From Candidatus Methylomirabilia bacterium (GTDB taxonomy: Bacteria; Methylomirabilota; Methylomirabilia; Rokubacteriales; CSP1-6), in contig JBGQEL010000098.1 of NCBI GenBank assembly GCA_041496385.1, positions 1-15,311 on the forward strand: a stretch of 15,311 nucleotides of DNA, given 5' to 3'. Positions 1 to 8,398 of the stretch are shown here, piece after piece (the first letter of the stretch is position 1; each line of letters opens with the position of its first letter). Under the pieces are notes generated by a model that made no database searches, was not told the DNA's origin, and worked only from the letters and a program-made list of their open reading frames with translations. The translations under genes were made by a program, and so were the position numbers.

Positions 1-648
1 CTGGGTCTTGCCGAGGCGCGCCGCCCAGAAGGGCCCGAGCGCGCAGTGGGCCGAGCCCGTCACCGGATCCTCGGGGATTCCCGAGCCCGGCGCGAAGAAG
101 CGCGAGACGAAGTCGAATCCGTGCGTGCTGGCCCGGCTCGTGACGATCACGCCGCGAACGGGCAGCGCGCCGAGCGTCGAGTGATCCGGCGCGAGCTTTC
201 GCACGGTCTCCTCGGAATCCACCTCGACCAGATAGTCGAACTGGTTCTTCCCGACGTACGTGGGCTCGACGCCCAGGGCCCGCACGAGCCCGGCCGGCGC
301 GGCGGCGGGCTCTTCGCGCTTGACGGGGAAATCCAGCTCGATCCAGTCGCCCGCGCGATCGGCGGTGAGGAGCCCGCTCTTGGTGTGGAAGCGCGTCTGC
401 TGCGCGGGCGCCAGGTGCGCGTCCTGCCAGAGCACGTGCGCGGCGGCGAGCGTCGCGTGGCCGCAGAGCGCGACCTCGATCGCCGGCGTGAACCAGCGCA
501 GGTCGAAGCCGTCGTGCCGCCGGACGAGGAACGCGGCCGCCTGCATCCACGCCTCGTCGCGAGGCGCGGGGAGCAGGCAGACCGCGGCCGGGTTGCCGTG
601 AAAGGGCGTGTCGGTGAACGCGTCGACCTGGACGATCGTGAGTGCCAT
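1..648 (-). CDS. phzF: PhzF/YddE-family isomerase-like protein, 3'-partial (runs off the window start), with an apparent in-frame loss of the catalytic Glu segment
   Basis: Not in the ORF track; translated by hand from ATG at 648: MALTIVQVDAFTDTPFHGNPAAVCLL...DLRWFTPAIEVALCGHATLAAAHVLW...DFVSRFFAPGSGIPEDPVTGSAHCALGPFW. It carries the PhzF motifs VDAF, GNPAAV, RWFTP-EV-LCGHAT and EDPVTGSA and is open for 216 codons. The symbol is family-level only. Confidence 0.93.
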   Translation of the reverse strand, partial: MALTIVQVDAFTDTPFHGNPAAVCLLPAPRDEAWMQAAAFLVRRHDGFDLRWFTPAIEVALCGHATLAAAHVLWQDAHLAPAQQTRFHTKSGLLTADRAGDWIELDFPVKREEPAAAPAGLVRALGVEPTYVGKNQFDYLVEVDSEETVRKLAPDHSTLGALPVRGVIVTSRASTHGFDFVSRFFAPGSGIPEDPVTGSAHCALGPFWAARLGKTQ

Positions 649-652
649 GCCC

Positions 653-666
653 GGATGGTACCATCC
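653..666. promoter_or_regulatory. Palindromic bidirectional -10 element (GGATGGTACCATCC) between divergent phzF-like and methyltransferase genes
   Basis: Perfect 14-bp palindrome giving TACCAT on both strands (659-664 on +, 660-655 on -), 7 nt and 6 nt upstream of the ATGs at 672 and 648. No SD sequence is visible in the 23-bp gap. Confidence 0.7.
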
Positions 667-671
667 AGCCG

Positions 672-1274
672 ATGCGCGGCCTCGAGCAGATCCCGTGGAT
701 TTACGACGCGATGTGCGGCGTCATGGAGCGCTTCGGCTTCGGCGATTGGCGCCGCTGGCTCGTGGAGGGCGCGCGGGGCCTGACGCTCGACGTGGGCTGC
801 GGCACGGGCCGGAACCTCCCGCTCTACGCGCGAGGCGCCCGCGTGGTCGCCATCGAGCCCTGCTGGGAAACACTCAGGCGCGCGCAGCGCCGCGCGCCCG
901 GCGTGCCGCTGGTGCGCGGGAGCGCCGAGGCGCTCCCGTTTCGCGACGGGGCGTTCGACACCGTCGTGAGCGGGCTCGTCTTCTGCAGCGTCCCCGACGC
1001 GCGGCGCGGGCTCGCCGAGGTCAGGCGCGTACTGAAGCCGGACGGGCGACTCCGCATGCTCGAGCACGTCCGCGCGACGAGGCCGTGGAAGGCGCGGTTC
1101 CAGGATCGCACGCAGCCCGTCTGGACGTGGATCAGCGGCGGCTGCCACCCCAACCGCGACACCGAAGGCGCGGTGGCGGCGTGCGGCTTCGCGATCGAGG
1201 CCGACGGCCGGCGCGCGAAGGGCGAGCTGCGCCGCTTCTCCGCGCGGCCGGGCCCGCCCGCGGCCGTACAATAG
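672..1274 (+). CDS. Class I SAM-dependent methyltransferase (Methyltransf_11-like), 200 aa
   Basis: Motif I LDVGCGTGRNL, then GSAEALPFRDGAFDTVVS, FCSVPD and LAEVRRVLKPDG-LEH. Start moved from the ORF track's 642 to ATG 672 to avoid overlapping the phzF start. Confidence 0.92.
   Translation: MRGLEQIPWIYDAMCGVMERFGFGDWRRWLVEGARGLTLDVGCGTGRNLPLYARGARVVAIEPCWETLRRAQRRAPGVPLVRGSAEALPFRDGAFDTVVSGLVFCSVPDARRGLAEVRRVLKPDGRLRMLEHVRATRPWKARFQDRTQPVWTWISGGCHPNRDTEGAVAACGFAIEADGRRAKGELRRFSARPGPPAAVQ
1267..1272 (+). promoter_or_regulatory. Putative -10 element (TACAAT) for a leaderless transcript of the downstream exported protein
   Basis: 5/6 match to TATAAT, 6 nt upstream of ATG 1279 and overlapping the methyltransferase stop codon. 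No SD. Confidence 0.6.
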
Positions 1275-1278
1275 CGCC

Positions 1279-1890
1279 ATGCTCGCTCTCTCCCGGGCGA
1301 TCGTCGCCGCGGTCCTCGGCGTGCTCGCGCTGTTCGCGTCGGACGCCGGGGCGCAGACCTACCGGTGGCTCGACGAGAAGGGCGTCGTCCACTACGCGCA
1401 GGGGCTCGACAACGTTCCCGAGCGCTACCGCGATCCGCGCCTCTCGGCCGGGGATCGCGCCGAGGCTCTCGACGCGCTCAGGGCGCTGAAGGAGCTCGGG
1501 TCGGTCGTCGTGCCCGAGATGGGCGGTGTCGAGTACCAGTACCGTCTCCGCAGGCTCGACGAGGTCGTCGGCAAGGCGTTGCGCGCCATGCGGCGCAGCG
1601 CGGTCGCGACCGCGCTTGGCGGCGCGCAGGCGCACTATCGTCAGGCCGGACCGATCGTCGAGAGCGGGGCGGCGCTCGGCGGCGCCCGGCCGGCCGGAGC
1701 GGGCCCGTCCTGCGAGCGGCTCGCCCGGCTTCCCGCCCCCGGCGACCCCGGGCCGGACCGGGCGGCGGCGCTCCGGGCCGTCTGGGGCTGCGCCTCGGAA
1801 CAGATCGTGCGCGCCGAGAGCCTGATGCAGTCTCCGGGCGGGGGGCCGTGGGCCACGCGCGTGCCGACCCCGCCGAAGCCGCGGAAGTAG
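1279..1890 (+). CDS. Secreted DUF4124-like domain protein, 203 aa
   Basis: N-terminal hydrophobic signal peptide ending A-G-A, followed by QTYRWLDEKGVVHYAQGLDNVPERYR, which is typical of DUF4124 (YxWxDxxGxVHY). The C-terminal region is not recognised. Confidence 0.75.
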   Translation: MLALSRAIVAAVLGVLALFASDAGAQTYRWLDEKGVVHYAQGLDNVPERYRDPRLSAGDRAEALDALRALKELGSVVVPEMGGVEYQYRLRRLDEVVGKALRAMRRSAVATALGGAQAHYRQAGPIVESGAALGGARPAGAGPSCERLARLPAPGDPGPDRAAALRAVWGCASEQIVRAESLMQSPGGGPWATRVPTPPKPRK

Positions 1891-1899
1891 TAAGACCGC

Positions 1900-3480
1900 C
1901 TAGAGGTCGTTCCCGGAGTAGGAGAGGTTGAACGACTTGTTGCAGAGCGGGAAGTCGGGAACGATGTTTTTCAGGACGGCGTACTCGAGCGCGGGCCAGT
2001 TCCGGAACGACGGGTCCACGATCTTGACGCGCCGGAGCGTGCGCGGTCCGTCGGCGAGGACCCAGTGCCACACGGGGCCGCGCCACGCCTCGACGAGACC
2101 GACGGCGTGGCCGCCGGGCGGCAGCGGCGGAAGCTCCGCGCGCGCGGGCCCGTCCGGCGCGCGCCCGACCGCGACGCGGATCAACCGCGCCGCCTCGCGC
2201 GCCTCGTCGATGCGTATCATCGTGCGCGCCCAGACGTCGCCCGTCTCGTAGCCGGCGACCCGCACCTCCATCTCGCCGTAGGCGGCGAAGGGAGCGTCGC
2301 GCCGGCAGTCGGCGGCGATCCCGCTCGCACGGCCGACGAGCCCGACGACCTGCATCTCGCGCGCGGTCGTCGGGGTCAGCCGGCCCGTTCCCTGCAAGCG
2401 CTCGAGGACCATCGTGTTGTCGAGCGAGAGACCCGCGACGTCCTCGAACTCGAGGACGAGCCCCTCGACGGCCGACGCGATGTCGCCGAGCGCGGCGGCG
2501 GCGATCGGGCCGGCGACGCCGCCCGGCACGATCGCGCCGCGCAGCAGGCGGTGGCCGGTGGCCCGCGCGTTCAGACGCAGCAGCTCCTCACGGATGCGGA
2601 AGCAGTGCGCGTGACCGAAGCCGAAGCCCGTGTCGTTGACGATCATGCCGACGTCGGCGACGTGATTGTGGAGCCGCTCGAGCTCGAGCAGGACGACGCG
2701 GAGCCAGCGGGCGCGCGGCGGGACGTCGCAACCCGCGAGCGCCTCGAGGGCCTGGCAGTAGGCGAGCGCGTGGCCGGCGCTCGTGTCGCCGGAGACGCGC
2801 TCGGCGAGCTCGGGGGTCCGGTCGAAGGGCAGCGTCTCGAACAGCTTCTCCGTGCCCTTGTGGACGAAGCCGAGCCGCGTCTCGAGGTTGACGATCGTCT
2901 CGCCCTCGACGCTGAAACGGAAGTGGCCGGGCTCGATGATGCCGGCGTGCACCGGTCCGACGGTGATCTCGAAGAGGCCCTCGCCCTCGACGCGGCGGAA
3001 CGGAAAGGGCTGTCCCGCGTCGGCGAAGTCGCCGGGCGGCGCGGCGTCGCGGCGGAGCGGGTAGTAGCCCTCGGGCCAGAACTGGTGGAGCGCGAGGCGG
3101 CGGAGGTCCGGGTGGCCGAGCGGGACCAGGCCGAGGAGATCGTGGATCTCGCGCTCGAACCGGCTCGCCGCGAACGAGCGCGTCGCCAGCGACGGGAAGC
3201 GCGCGGCGGCGGGATCGACGGACACGAGCACGCCGGCTCGTGGCCGGAGCGCCGGCGGCGCGAACGCGTAGGCGAGCGTGAAATCGCCGGACCGGTCGCG
3301 CGTGTCGGCGGCGGCGAGGAACTGGCACTGCGCGCCCAGGGCGGCCAGCCGATCGGCCAGCACGGGGACCTCCCACGAGGGCAGGCGGCCCTCGACCTGA
3401 TCGGCGTCGCGCGCGGCGACCCCGCGCGCCCCGGCCGCGACGAGGGCGCGCGTCAGCGTCTCGAGGGTCGGTCCCGCCAT
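1900..3480 (-). CDS. hycE: Ehr complex large subunit (HycE/HyfG-like, NuoC+NuoD fusion) lacking NiFe-binding cysteines, 526 aa
   Basis: NuoC-like FEREIHDLLGL..GHPDLRRL..YPLRRD and NuoD-like GPVHAGIIEPGHFRF, GFVHKGTEK, LELERLHNH, VEAWRG and KIVDPSFRNW. The L1 site reads ERVSGD instead of RxCGxC. The C-terminus reads DFPLCNKSFNLSYSGNDL instead of DPCxxC. Confidence 0.93.
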   Translation of the reverse strand: MAGPTLETLTRALVAAGARGVAARDADQVEGRLPSWEVPVLADRLAALGAQCQFLAAADTRDRSGDFTLAYAFAPPALRPRAGVLVSVDPAAARFPSLATRSFAASRFEREIHDLLGLVPLGHPDLRRLALHQFWPEGYYPLRRDAAPPGDFADAGQPFPFRRVEGEGLFEITVGPVHAGIIEPGHFRFSVEGETIVNLETRLGFVHKGTEKLFETLPFDRTPELAERVSGDTSAGHALAYCQALEALAGCDVPPRARWLRVVLLELERLHNHVADVGMIVNDTGFGFGHAHCFRIREELLRLNARATGHRLLRGAIVPGGVAGPIAAAALGDIASAVEGLVLEFEDVAGLSLDNTMVLERLQGTGRLTPTTAREMQVVGLVGRASGIAADCRRDAPFAAYGEMEVRVAGYETGDVWARTMIRIDEAREAARLIRVAVGRAPDGPARAELPPLPPGGHAVGLVEAWRGPVWHWVLADGPRTLRRVKIVDPSFRNWPALEYAVLKNIVPDFPLCNKSFNLSYSGNDL

Positions 3481-3481
3481 G

Positions 3482-4912
3482 TCAGTGAGCCACGATCGCC
3501 GCGATCCGCGCGAGCGCCACGTCGAGGCCGGGCGGCCAGGCGAGGCCCGTGAGGACGAGCAGCAGGAGCGCGACCGTGACAGGAACCGTCGGCCAGGCTC
3601 TGGTCGTCTCGCGCGGCGCCCGGCCGCCGGGGACGCCGTAGAGCATCGCCTGGGTCGAGCGGAGGAGGCCCGCGAAGGCGACGAGCAGCAGCACGAGGCC
3701 GAGTGCCGCGACCCAGGCGGCCCCCTCGCGGAAGCCCGCGCCGAAGATCAGCACCTCGCTCGTGAAGAGGCCGAAGGGCGGGAGCCCCATGAGGGCCAGC
3801 ATGGCCGCGAGGAAGGCGGCGCCCGTGCGGGGCAGCGGGCGAAGGAGGCCGCGCACGTCCGCGATCTCGGCCGAGCCGTACGCGGCGCGGATCCGCCCGG
3901 CGAGCAGGAAGAGCACGGATTTCGCGAGCGCGTGGTTCGCGATGTGGAGCAGCGCGCCGGCGGTGCCCCAGGCGCCGCCGAAGCCGAGGCCCAGGCACAC
4001 GATGCCGACGTGCTCGACGCTCGAGTAGGCGAGCATGCGCTTGAAGTTCTGCGAGGTCCAGAGGAAGAGCGCCGCGACGCCCATCGAGAGGATCCCGAGG
4101 ACCAGCAGGATGCGGCCCGCGAAGCCGGGGCCGGCCACCAGGTCGACGACGGGCTTGAAGCGGAGGATCGCGTAGATCCCGACGCTGAGCAGGACCCCCG
4201 ACATGAGCGCGCTCACGGGCGCGGGCGCCTCGCTGTGGGCGTCGGGCAGCCACGTGTGCATCGGCGCGAGCCCCGCCTTCGTGCCGTAGCCCACGACGAG
4301 GAACACGAAGGCGAGCTCGACGACCCGTGGCGCGAGGCCCGGCGCGAGCCGAAGCAGGGTCGTCCAGCGCAGCGCGTAGGTCTCGTCGCCGAAGAGCTGG
4401 ATGTTGGCGAAGTAGACCAGGACGGTGCCCAGGAAGGCCACCGCGATCCCGACCGAGCAGAGCAACAGGTATTTGTACGAGGCCTCGAGCGAGGCACGCG
4501 TCCGCTCGAAGTTCACGAGGAAGACCGAGGCGAGTGTCGTGCCCTCGATCGCGACCCACATGAGCCCGATGTCGTCGGTCGTGACGGCGAGCAGCATGGT
4601 GAAGACGAAGAGGTGGAACAGCGCGTAGAATCGCCCCGCGCGCGCGGCGGTGACGTAGCGCGGCGCCTCCACGGCGGCGAAGGCGCCGACGAGCCCGACG
4701 AGCGCCACCATCCACGCCGAGAGCGCGTCGGCGCGCAGGAAGCCGTCGAGCGCCGTGACGTCGCCCGCGCGGTATACCGAGAGGGCGACGACGAGCGCCA
4801 GCAGCAGCGTGCACGCCGCCGTCGCGCCGTGAAGCGCGGCGACGCGCGCGCCGCGCGTGCGCGCCAGGACGCCCGCGCCCGCGAGCGGCAGCGCGAGCAG
4901 GAGGACGAGCAT
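3482..4912 (-). CDS. hyfF: Ehr complex antiporter-like membrane subunit (HyfF/HycQ-like; NuoL/M/N-MrpD family)
   Basis: Multi-TM protein with WVAIEGTTL, SLEASYKYLL, GYGTKAGLAPMHTWLPDAHSEAPAPVSALMSG, KRMLAYSSVEH, NHALAKS and GLPPFGLFTSE. The start is ATG 4912 or GTG 4915, both overlapping the upstream stop. Confidence 0.92.
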   Translation of the reverse strand: MLVLLLALPLAGAGVLARTRGARVAALHGATAACTLLLALVVALSVYRAGDVTALDGFLRADALSAWMVALVGLVGAFAAVEAPRYVTAARAGRFYALFHLFVFTMLLAVTTDDIGLMWVAIEGTTLASVFLVNFERTRASLEASYKYLLLCSVGIAVAFLGTVLVYFANIQLFGDETYALRWTTLLRLAPGLAPRVVELAFVFLVVGYGTKAGLAPMHTWLPDAHSEAPAPVSALMSGVLLSVGIYAILRFKPVVDLVAGPGFAGRILLVLGILSMGVAALFLWTSQNFKRMLAYSSVEHVGIVCLGLGFGGAWGTAGALLHIANHALAKSVLFLLAGRIRAAYGSAEIADVRGLLRPLPRTGAAFLAAMLALMGLPPFGLFTSEVLIFGAGFREGAAWVAALGLVLLLVAFAGLLRSTQAMLYGVPGGRAPRETTRAWPTVPVTVALLLLVLTGLAWPPGLDVALARIAAIVAH

Positions 4913-5553
4913 CACCCGCGGAGCTCCCGGAGGCGTTGCTCGTCGATGGATTCGTGCTCGCGGCGCACCTCACCGACGACCGCCTCCATGATGAGCACGA
5001 TGACGAGCACGTCGAGGAAGACGCCCGCCTCGACGATCGCCGGCAGGCCGTACGTGGCCAGCAGCGCCAAACCGAAGATCCCATTCTCGAAGACGAGGAA
5101 GCCGAGGATGTGACCGAACGCGTCCTTGCCCGTCACGCAGAGGAAGAGGCCGATCAGCGCCATCGCGAAGGCCAGCGGGATCGCGCCCGCGGTCGGCAGC
5201 TCCGTGGCGGCGTTCACGGGGAGCATGACGACGTAGGCGACGACGACGAGGCCGCCGGCGACGAGGAGCGCGACCCCCGACGACTTGCCCGGCGCCACCG
5301 GGCGCACCGGCACGCCGCGTCCGATGCGCCGGAGCACGCGCGGGATCACCGCGACCTTGACGACCAGGAAGACGAGCGCCACGAGCAGGAGCCGCGGCCG
5401 TCCCGCGAGGAGGCCGAGCGTCGCCGCGAGCGCGGCGAGGACGAGCGACTGGGCGGCGAAGAGACGCAGCCGTCCGGGCCAGCTCTGCCGCCAGACGATG
5501 GCGAGCGTCACGACGAGCCCGATGAACGCGAGGAGGCTCGACGCGGTCCTCAC
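4912..5553 (-). CDS. hyfE: Ehr complex membrane subunit (HyfE/HycP-like), 213 aa
   Basis: C-terminal part of ORF 4912..6369, starting at GTG 5553 (GTGA overlap with the upstream stop). Hydrophobic, with FAAQSLVL, VKVAVIP, GFLVFENGIF and P-IVEAGVFLDV. Confidence 0.88.
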   Translation of the reverse strand: MRTASSLLAFIGLVVTLAIVWRQSWPGRLRLFAAQSLVLAALAATLGLLAGRPRLLLVALVFLVVKVAVIPRVLRRIGRGVPVRPVAPGKSSGVALLVAGGLVVVAYVVMLPVNAATELPTAGAIPLAFAMALIGLFLCVTGKDAFGHILGFLVFENGIFGLALLATYGLPAIVEAGVFLDVLVIVLIMEAVVGEVRREHESIDEQRLRELRG

Positions 5554-6491
5554 GGGACCAGGAACACCGCGGTCACCGAGAGCAGCGCCAGCGCGAAGGA
5601 GCCCGCGAGGAGCTCGGGCACGCGGAAGAGCCGGAGCTTGGCCACGGCCGTCTCGAGCACTGCGAGGGCGACCGTCAGGACGGCGAGCTTTCCCGCGAGC
5701 GCCAGGAAGCCCAGCAGCAGCGGCACCGGCTCGACGAGACTCGTGACGCCCCAGGGGAAGAAGAGGTTCGCGAGCAGCGTCAGGAACACGAAGAGCTTCA
5801 TCGCACCCGCCCACTCCACGAGCGCCAGATAGCGCCCCGAGTACTCGAGCACCATCGCCTCGTGGATCATCGTGAGCTCGAGGTGGGTCGCCGGGTTGTC
5901 CACCGGAAGCCGGCCCGTCTCGGCGAGCATGACGATGAAGAACGCGGCGAACGCGAGCAGGTGGCCTGGATTCGCCGCCAGGAGGGGCTCGCGCGCCAGA
6001 TGCTCGACGATGCCACCGAGGTTGGTCGTGTCGGCCCGGAGCGCGAGCGCGAACACCGCGAGGATCACCGTGGGCTCCGCGAGCGCCGCCACCGCCACCC
6101 CGCGGCTGCCACCCATGCCGCCGAACGCGCTTCCCGAGTCGAGCCCGGCGAGTGCCTGGAAGAAGGTGCCGAGCATGAAGAGGTACATGAGGAGGATGAT
6201 GCCGGCGAAGGGCAGCGCCGTCCGCGAGGCGACGACCGGGACGATCACGGCCGCGACGAGCATCGTGGCCACGAGCACGTACGGCGTCGCCCGAAACACC
6301 CACGACGTCGTCGTCGAGACCACCACCTCCTTGCGGAGGAGCTTTCTCAGATCCGCGTACGGCTGCCACGGGCTCGGCCCGCGCCGGCCCACGAGGCGCG
6401 CCTTGAGCGTGCGTAGCACGCCGACGAGGAGCGGCGCGCCCGCCGCGACGACGAGCGCCTGCGCCAGCGCGACGACGAGATCGGCGATCAC
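5550..6491 (-). CDS. hycD: Ehr complex NuoH-like membrane subunit (HycD/HyfC), 313 aa
   Basis: C-terminal part of ORF 5550..8297, starting at GTG 6491 (GTGA overlap). Motifs KARLVGRRGPSPWQPYADLRKLLRKE, GLDSGSAFGGMGGSR and AETGRLPVDNPATHLELTMIHEAMVLEYSG. Confidence 0.93.
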   Translation of the reverse strand: MIADLVVALAQALVVAAGAPLLVGVLRTLKARLVGRRGPSPWQPYADLRKLLRKEVVVSTTTSWVFRATPYVLVATMLVAAVIVPVVASRTALPFAGIILLMYLFMLGTFFQALAGLDSGSAFGGMGGSRGVAVAALAEPTVILAVFALALRADTTNLGGIVEHLAREPLLAANPGHLLAFAAFFIVMLAETGRLPVDNPATHLELTMIHEAMVLEYSGRYLALVEWAGAMKLFVFLTLLANLFFPWGVTSLVEPVPLLLGFLALAGKLAVLTVALAVLETAVAKLRLFRVPELLAGSFALALLSVTAVFLVP

Positions 6492-8398
6492 GCGAGCACC
6501 AGCAGCACGAGGAGGGCGGCCAGAATGTACGCGAGGTAGACGTTCGTGCTCCCGGACTGAATCGCCCGCGCCCGCGTCGCGACGCCGGAGAGCACGGCGA
6601 GCGCGGGCCGGTAGAGCCAGTCGTCGAAGATCGAGCGCGTCGGATTCTCGTACTCGATCCGCTGGACGAAGAGGCGCGACTCGGGATGGAACTCGATGTC
6701 GAGTCGCTTCACCGGACGGTAGAAGAAGTCGAAGACCCGCTTGAAGGGGTTCGAGAACGCGGTGGCCGTATATTCCATGCGCGCCGTCTGGAGGATGCGA
6801 CCGCACCCCCAGGTCTCGTAGCCCCGCACGCGGCGCGATGCGCCCGCGAGCCGGAGCAGGACGAGGGGGAGCAGGAACCCGCCGCCGAGGGCCACGGCGA
6901 TCGCGAGCGTCGAGAGACTGGCGAAGCCGCCCGACACGCTCAGCGTGAGCGCGTTGCCGATCGGCACCGGCGTCGCGGCGCCGGTGAGCGCGGCCGCGAC
7001 GCCCAGGAGCACCGGCACCATGAGCGTCGGCCCGAGCCCGAGCCCGAGGCAGAGAAGCGCGAGCGCGACCATGGCGGCGCGCATCGAGCGGGGCGCCTCG
7101 TGGGCGCGCGCCGCGGCCTCGCTGCGGGGCAGGGCGAGGAAGGAGACGCCGAACGCCTTGACGAAGCACGCCATCGCGAGGCCGCCGGTCAGCGCGAGCC
7201 CGGCGATCCCGAACGCGAACACGAGGTTGAGCCCCGGCTGCGCGAGGCGCGTGGTCTGGAGGAGCGCCATGAAGGTGAGCCACTCGCTCACGAAGCCGTT
7301 GAAGGGCGGGAGCGCGGCGATGGCCACCGAGCCGGCGAGGAAGCATGCGGCCGTCCACGGCATGCGCTTGATCAGCCCGCCCATCTCCTCCATGTTGCGG
7401 GTCCCGGTCGCACGCACGACCGCGCCCGCGCCGAGGAAGAGCAGCGCCTTGAACGCGGCGTGGTTCAGCGTGTGGTAGAGGCCGGCCGCGAGACCGAGGA
7501 GGGCGAGCGCCTCGAGGCCCGTCCCGTGGTACAGCATGCCGGCGCCGACGCCGATCAGGATGATCCCGACGTTCTCGATGCTGTGGAAGGCGAGCAGGCG
7601 CTTCAGATCGTGGTCGACGAGCGCGTACAGGACGCCGATCACCGACGAGACGGTGCCGAGGATGAGGACCGCGACGCCCCACCACGCAGGCCCGGCGCCG
7701 AGCCAGTCGAAGCCGGCGCGAAGGAGCCCGTAGATGCCGAGCTTGATCATCACGCCCGACATCAGCGCCGAGACGTGGCTCGGCGCGGCCGGGTGTGCGA
7801 GCGGGAGCCAGACGTGGAGCGGAATCACGCCCGCCTTGCCCAGGAAGCCCACCGCGAGGAGGCCGAACACGACATCGCGCCCGGCGCCGGAGAGGCCGGG
7901 CGCCGCCGCGGCCCAGTCGGCGAACCTCCAGCTGCCCGTCCAGACGGAGAGCAGCAGCATGCCCGCGAGCAGGCAGGCGAGCCCCGCGTGGCTCATCACC
8001 GCGTAGACCCAGGCGGCGCGCACCGATTCCGGCGCGCCGCGGTCGTGGAGGACGAGGAAGTAGGAGGCGAGCGACATGAGCTCCCAGGCGATCGCGAAGG
8101 TCATGAGATTCGCCGCAAGCGGAACAACCCCCATCGAGACGACGAAACCGAGATACGCGAGAACGCCGCGCCGCTCGCCGCCCGTGTAGCCGATGGCGTA
8201 GACGGAGACCGGGATCGCGCCGACGCCGACGAGGCCGAGGAAGAACCCCGCGAGCGGATCCATCGAGAGCTCGAGGCCGCCGAGCGGCACGAGCCACGGT
8301 ACGGCGAGCGTCCAGCGGGCGCCGAGGACGCCGGCCGCGCCCACGATCAGCGCGGCCAGACCCGCTGCGACCGCGAGCAGGAAGCCGAGCATCGCCAT
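6488..8398 (-). CDS. hyfB: Ehr complex antiporter-like membrane subunit (HyfB/HycC-like)
   Basis: WELMSLASYFLV, KAGVIPLHVWLPLAHPAAPSHVSALMSGVMIK, DLKRLLAFHSIENVG, NHAAFKALLF, PPFNGFVSEW and the C-terminal TWGCG...MEYTATAFS. ATG 8398 overlaps the upstream stop (TGATG); the ORF track's 8401 is a TTG. Confidence 0.93.
   Translation of the reverse strand: MAMLGFLLAVAAGLAALIVGAAGVLGARWTLAVPWLVPLGGLELSMDPLAGFFLGLVGVGAIPVSVYAIGYTGGERRGVLAYLGFVVSMGVVPLAANLMTFAIAWELMSLASYFLVLHDRGAPESVRAAWVYAVMSHAGLACLLAGMLLLSVWTGSWRFADWAAAAPGLSGAGRDVVFGLLAVGFLGKAGVIPLHVWLPLAHPAAPSHVSALMSGVMIKLGIYGLLRAGFDWLGAGPAWWGVAVLILGTVSSVIGVLYALVDHDLKRLLAFHSIENVGIILIGVGAGMLYHGTGLEALALLGLAAGLYHTLNHAAFKALLFLGAGAVVRATGTRNMEEMGGLIKRMPWTAACFLAGSVAIAALPPFNGFVSEWLTFMALLQTTRLAQPGLNLVFAFGIAGLALTGGLAMACFVKAFGVSFLALPRSEAAARAHEAPRSMRAAMVALALLCLGLGLGPTLMVPVLLGVAAALTGAATPVPIGNALTLSVSGGFASLSTLAIAVALGGGFLLPLVLLRLAGASRRVRGYETWGCGRILQTARMEYTATAFSNPFKRVFDFFYRPVKRLDIEFHPESRLFVQRIEYENPTRSIFDDWLYRPALAVLSGVATRARAIQSGSTNVYLAYILAALLVLLVLA

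Noticed and set aside
1..1274. phzF plus methyltransferase as a phenazine biosynthesis cluster
   Set aside because: No other phz genes are visible, stand-alone PhzF-like genes are widespread, and this copy lacks the catalytic Glu segment.
5550..8297. 915-aa and 485-aa ORFs suggesting giant fusion proteins or frameshifts
   Set aside because: Only their C-terminal portions are protein-like. Proper GTG starts in GTGA overlaps exist at 6491 and 5553.
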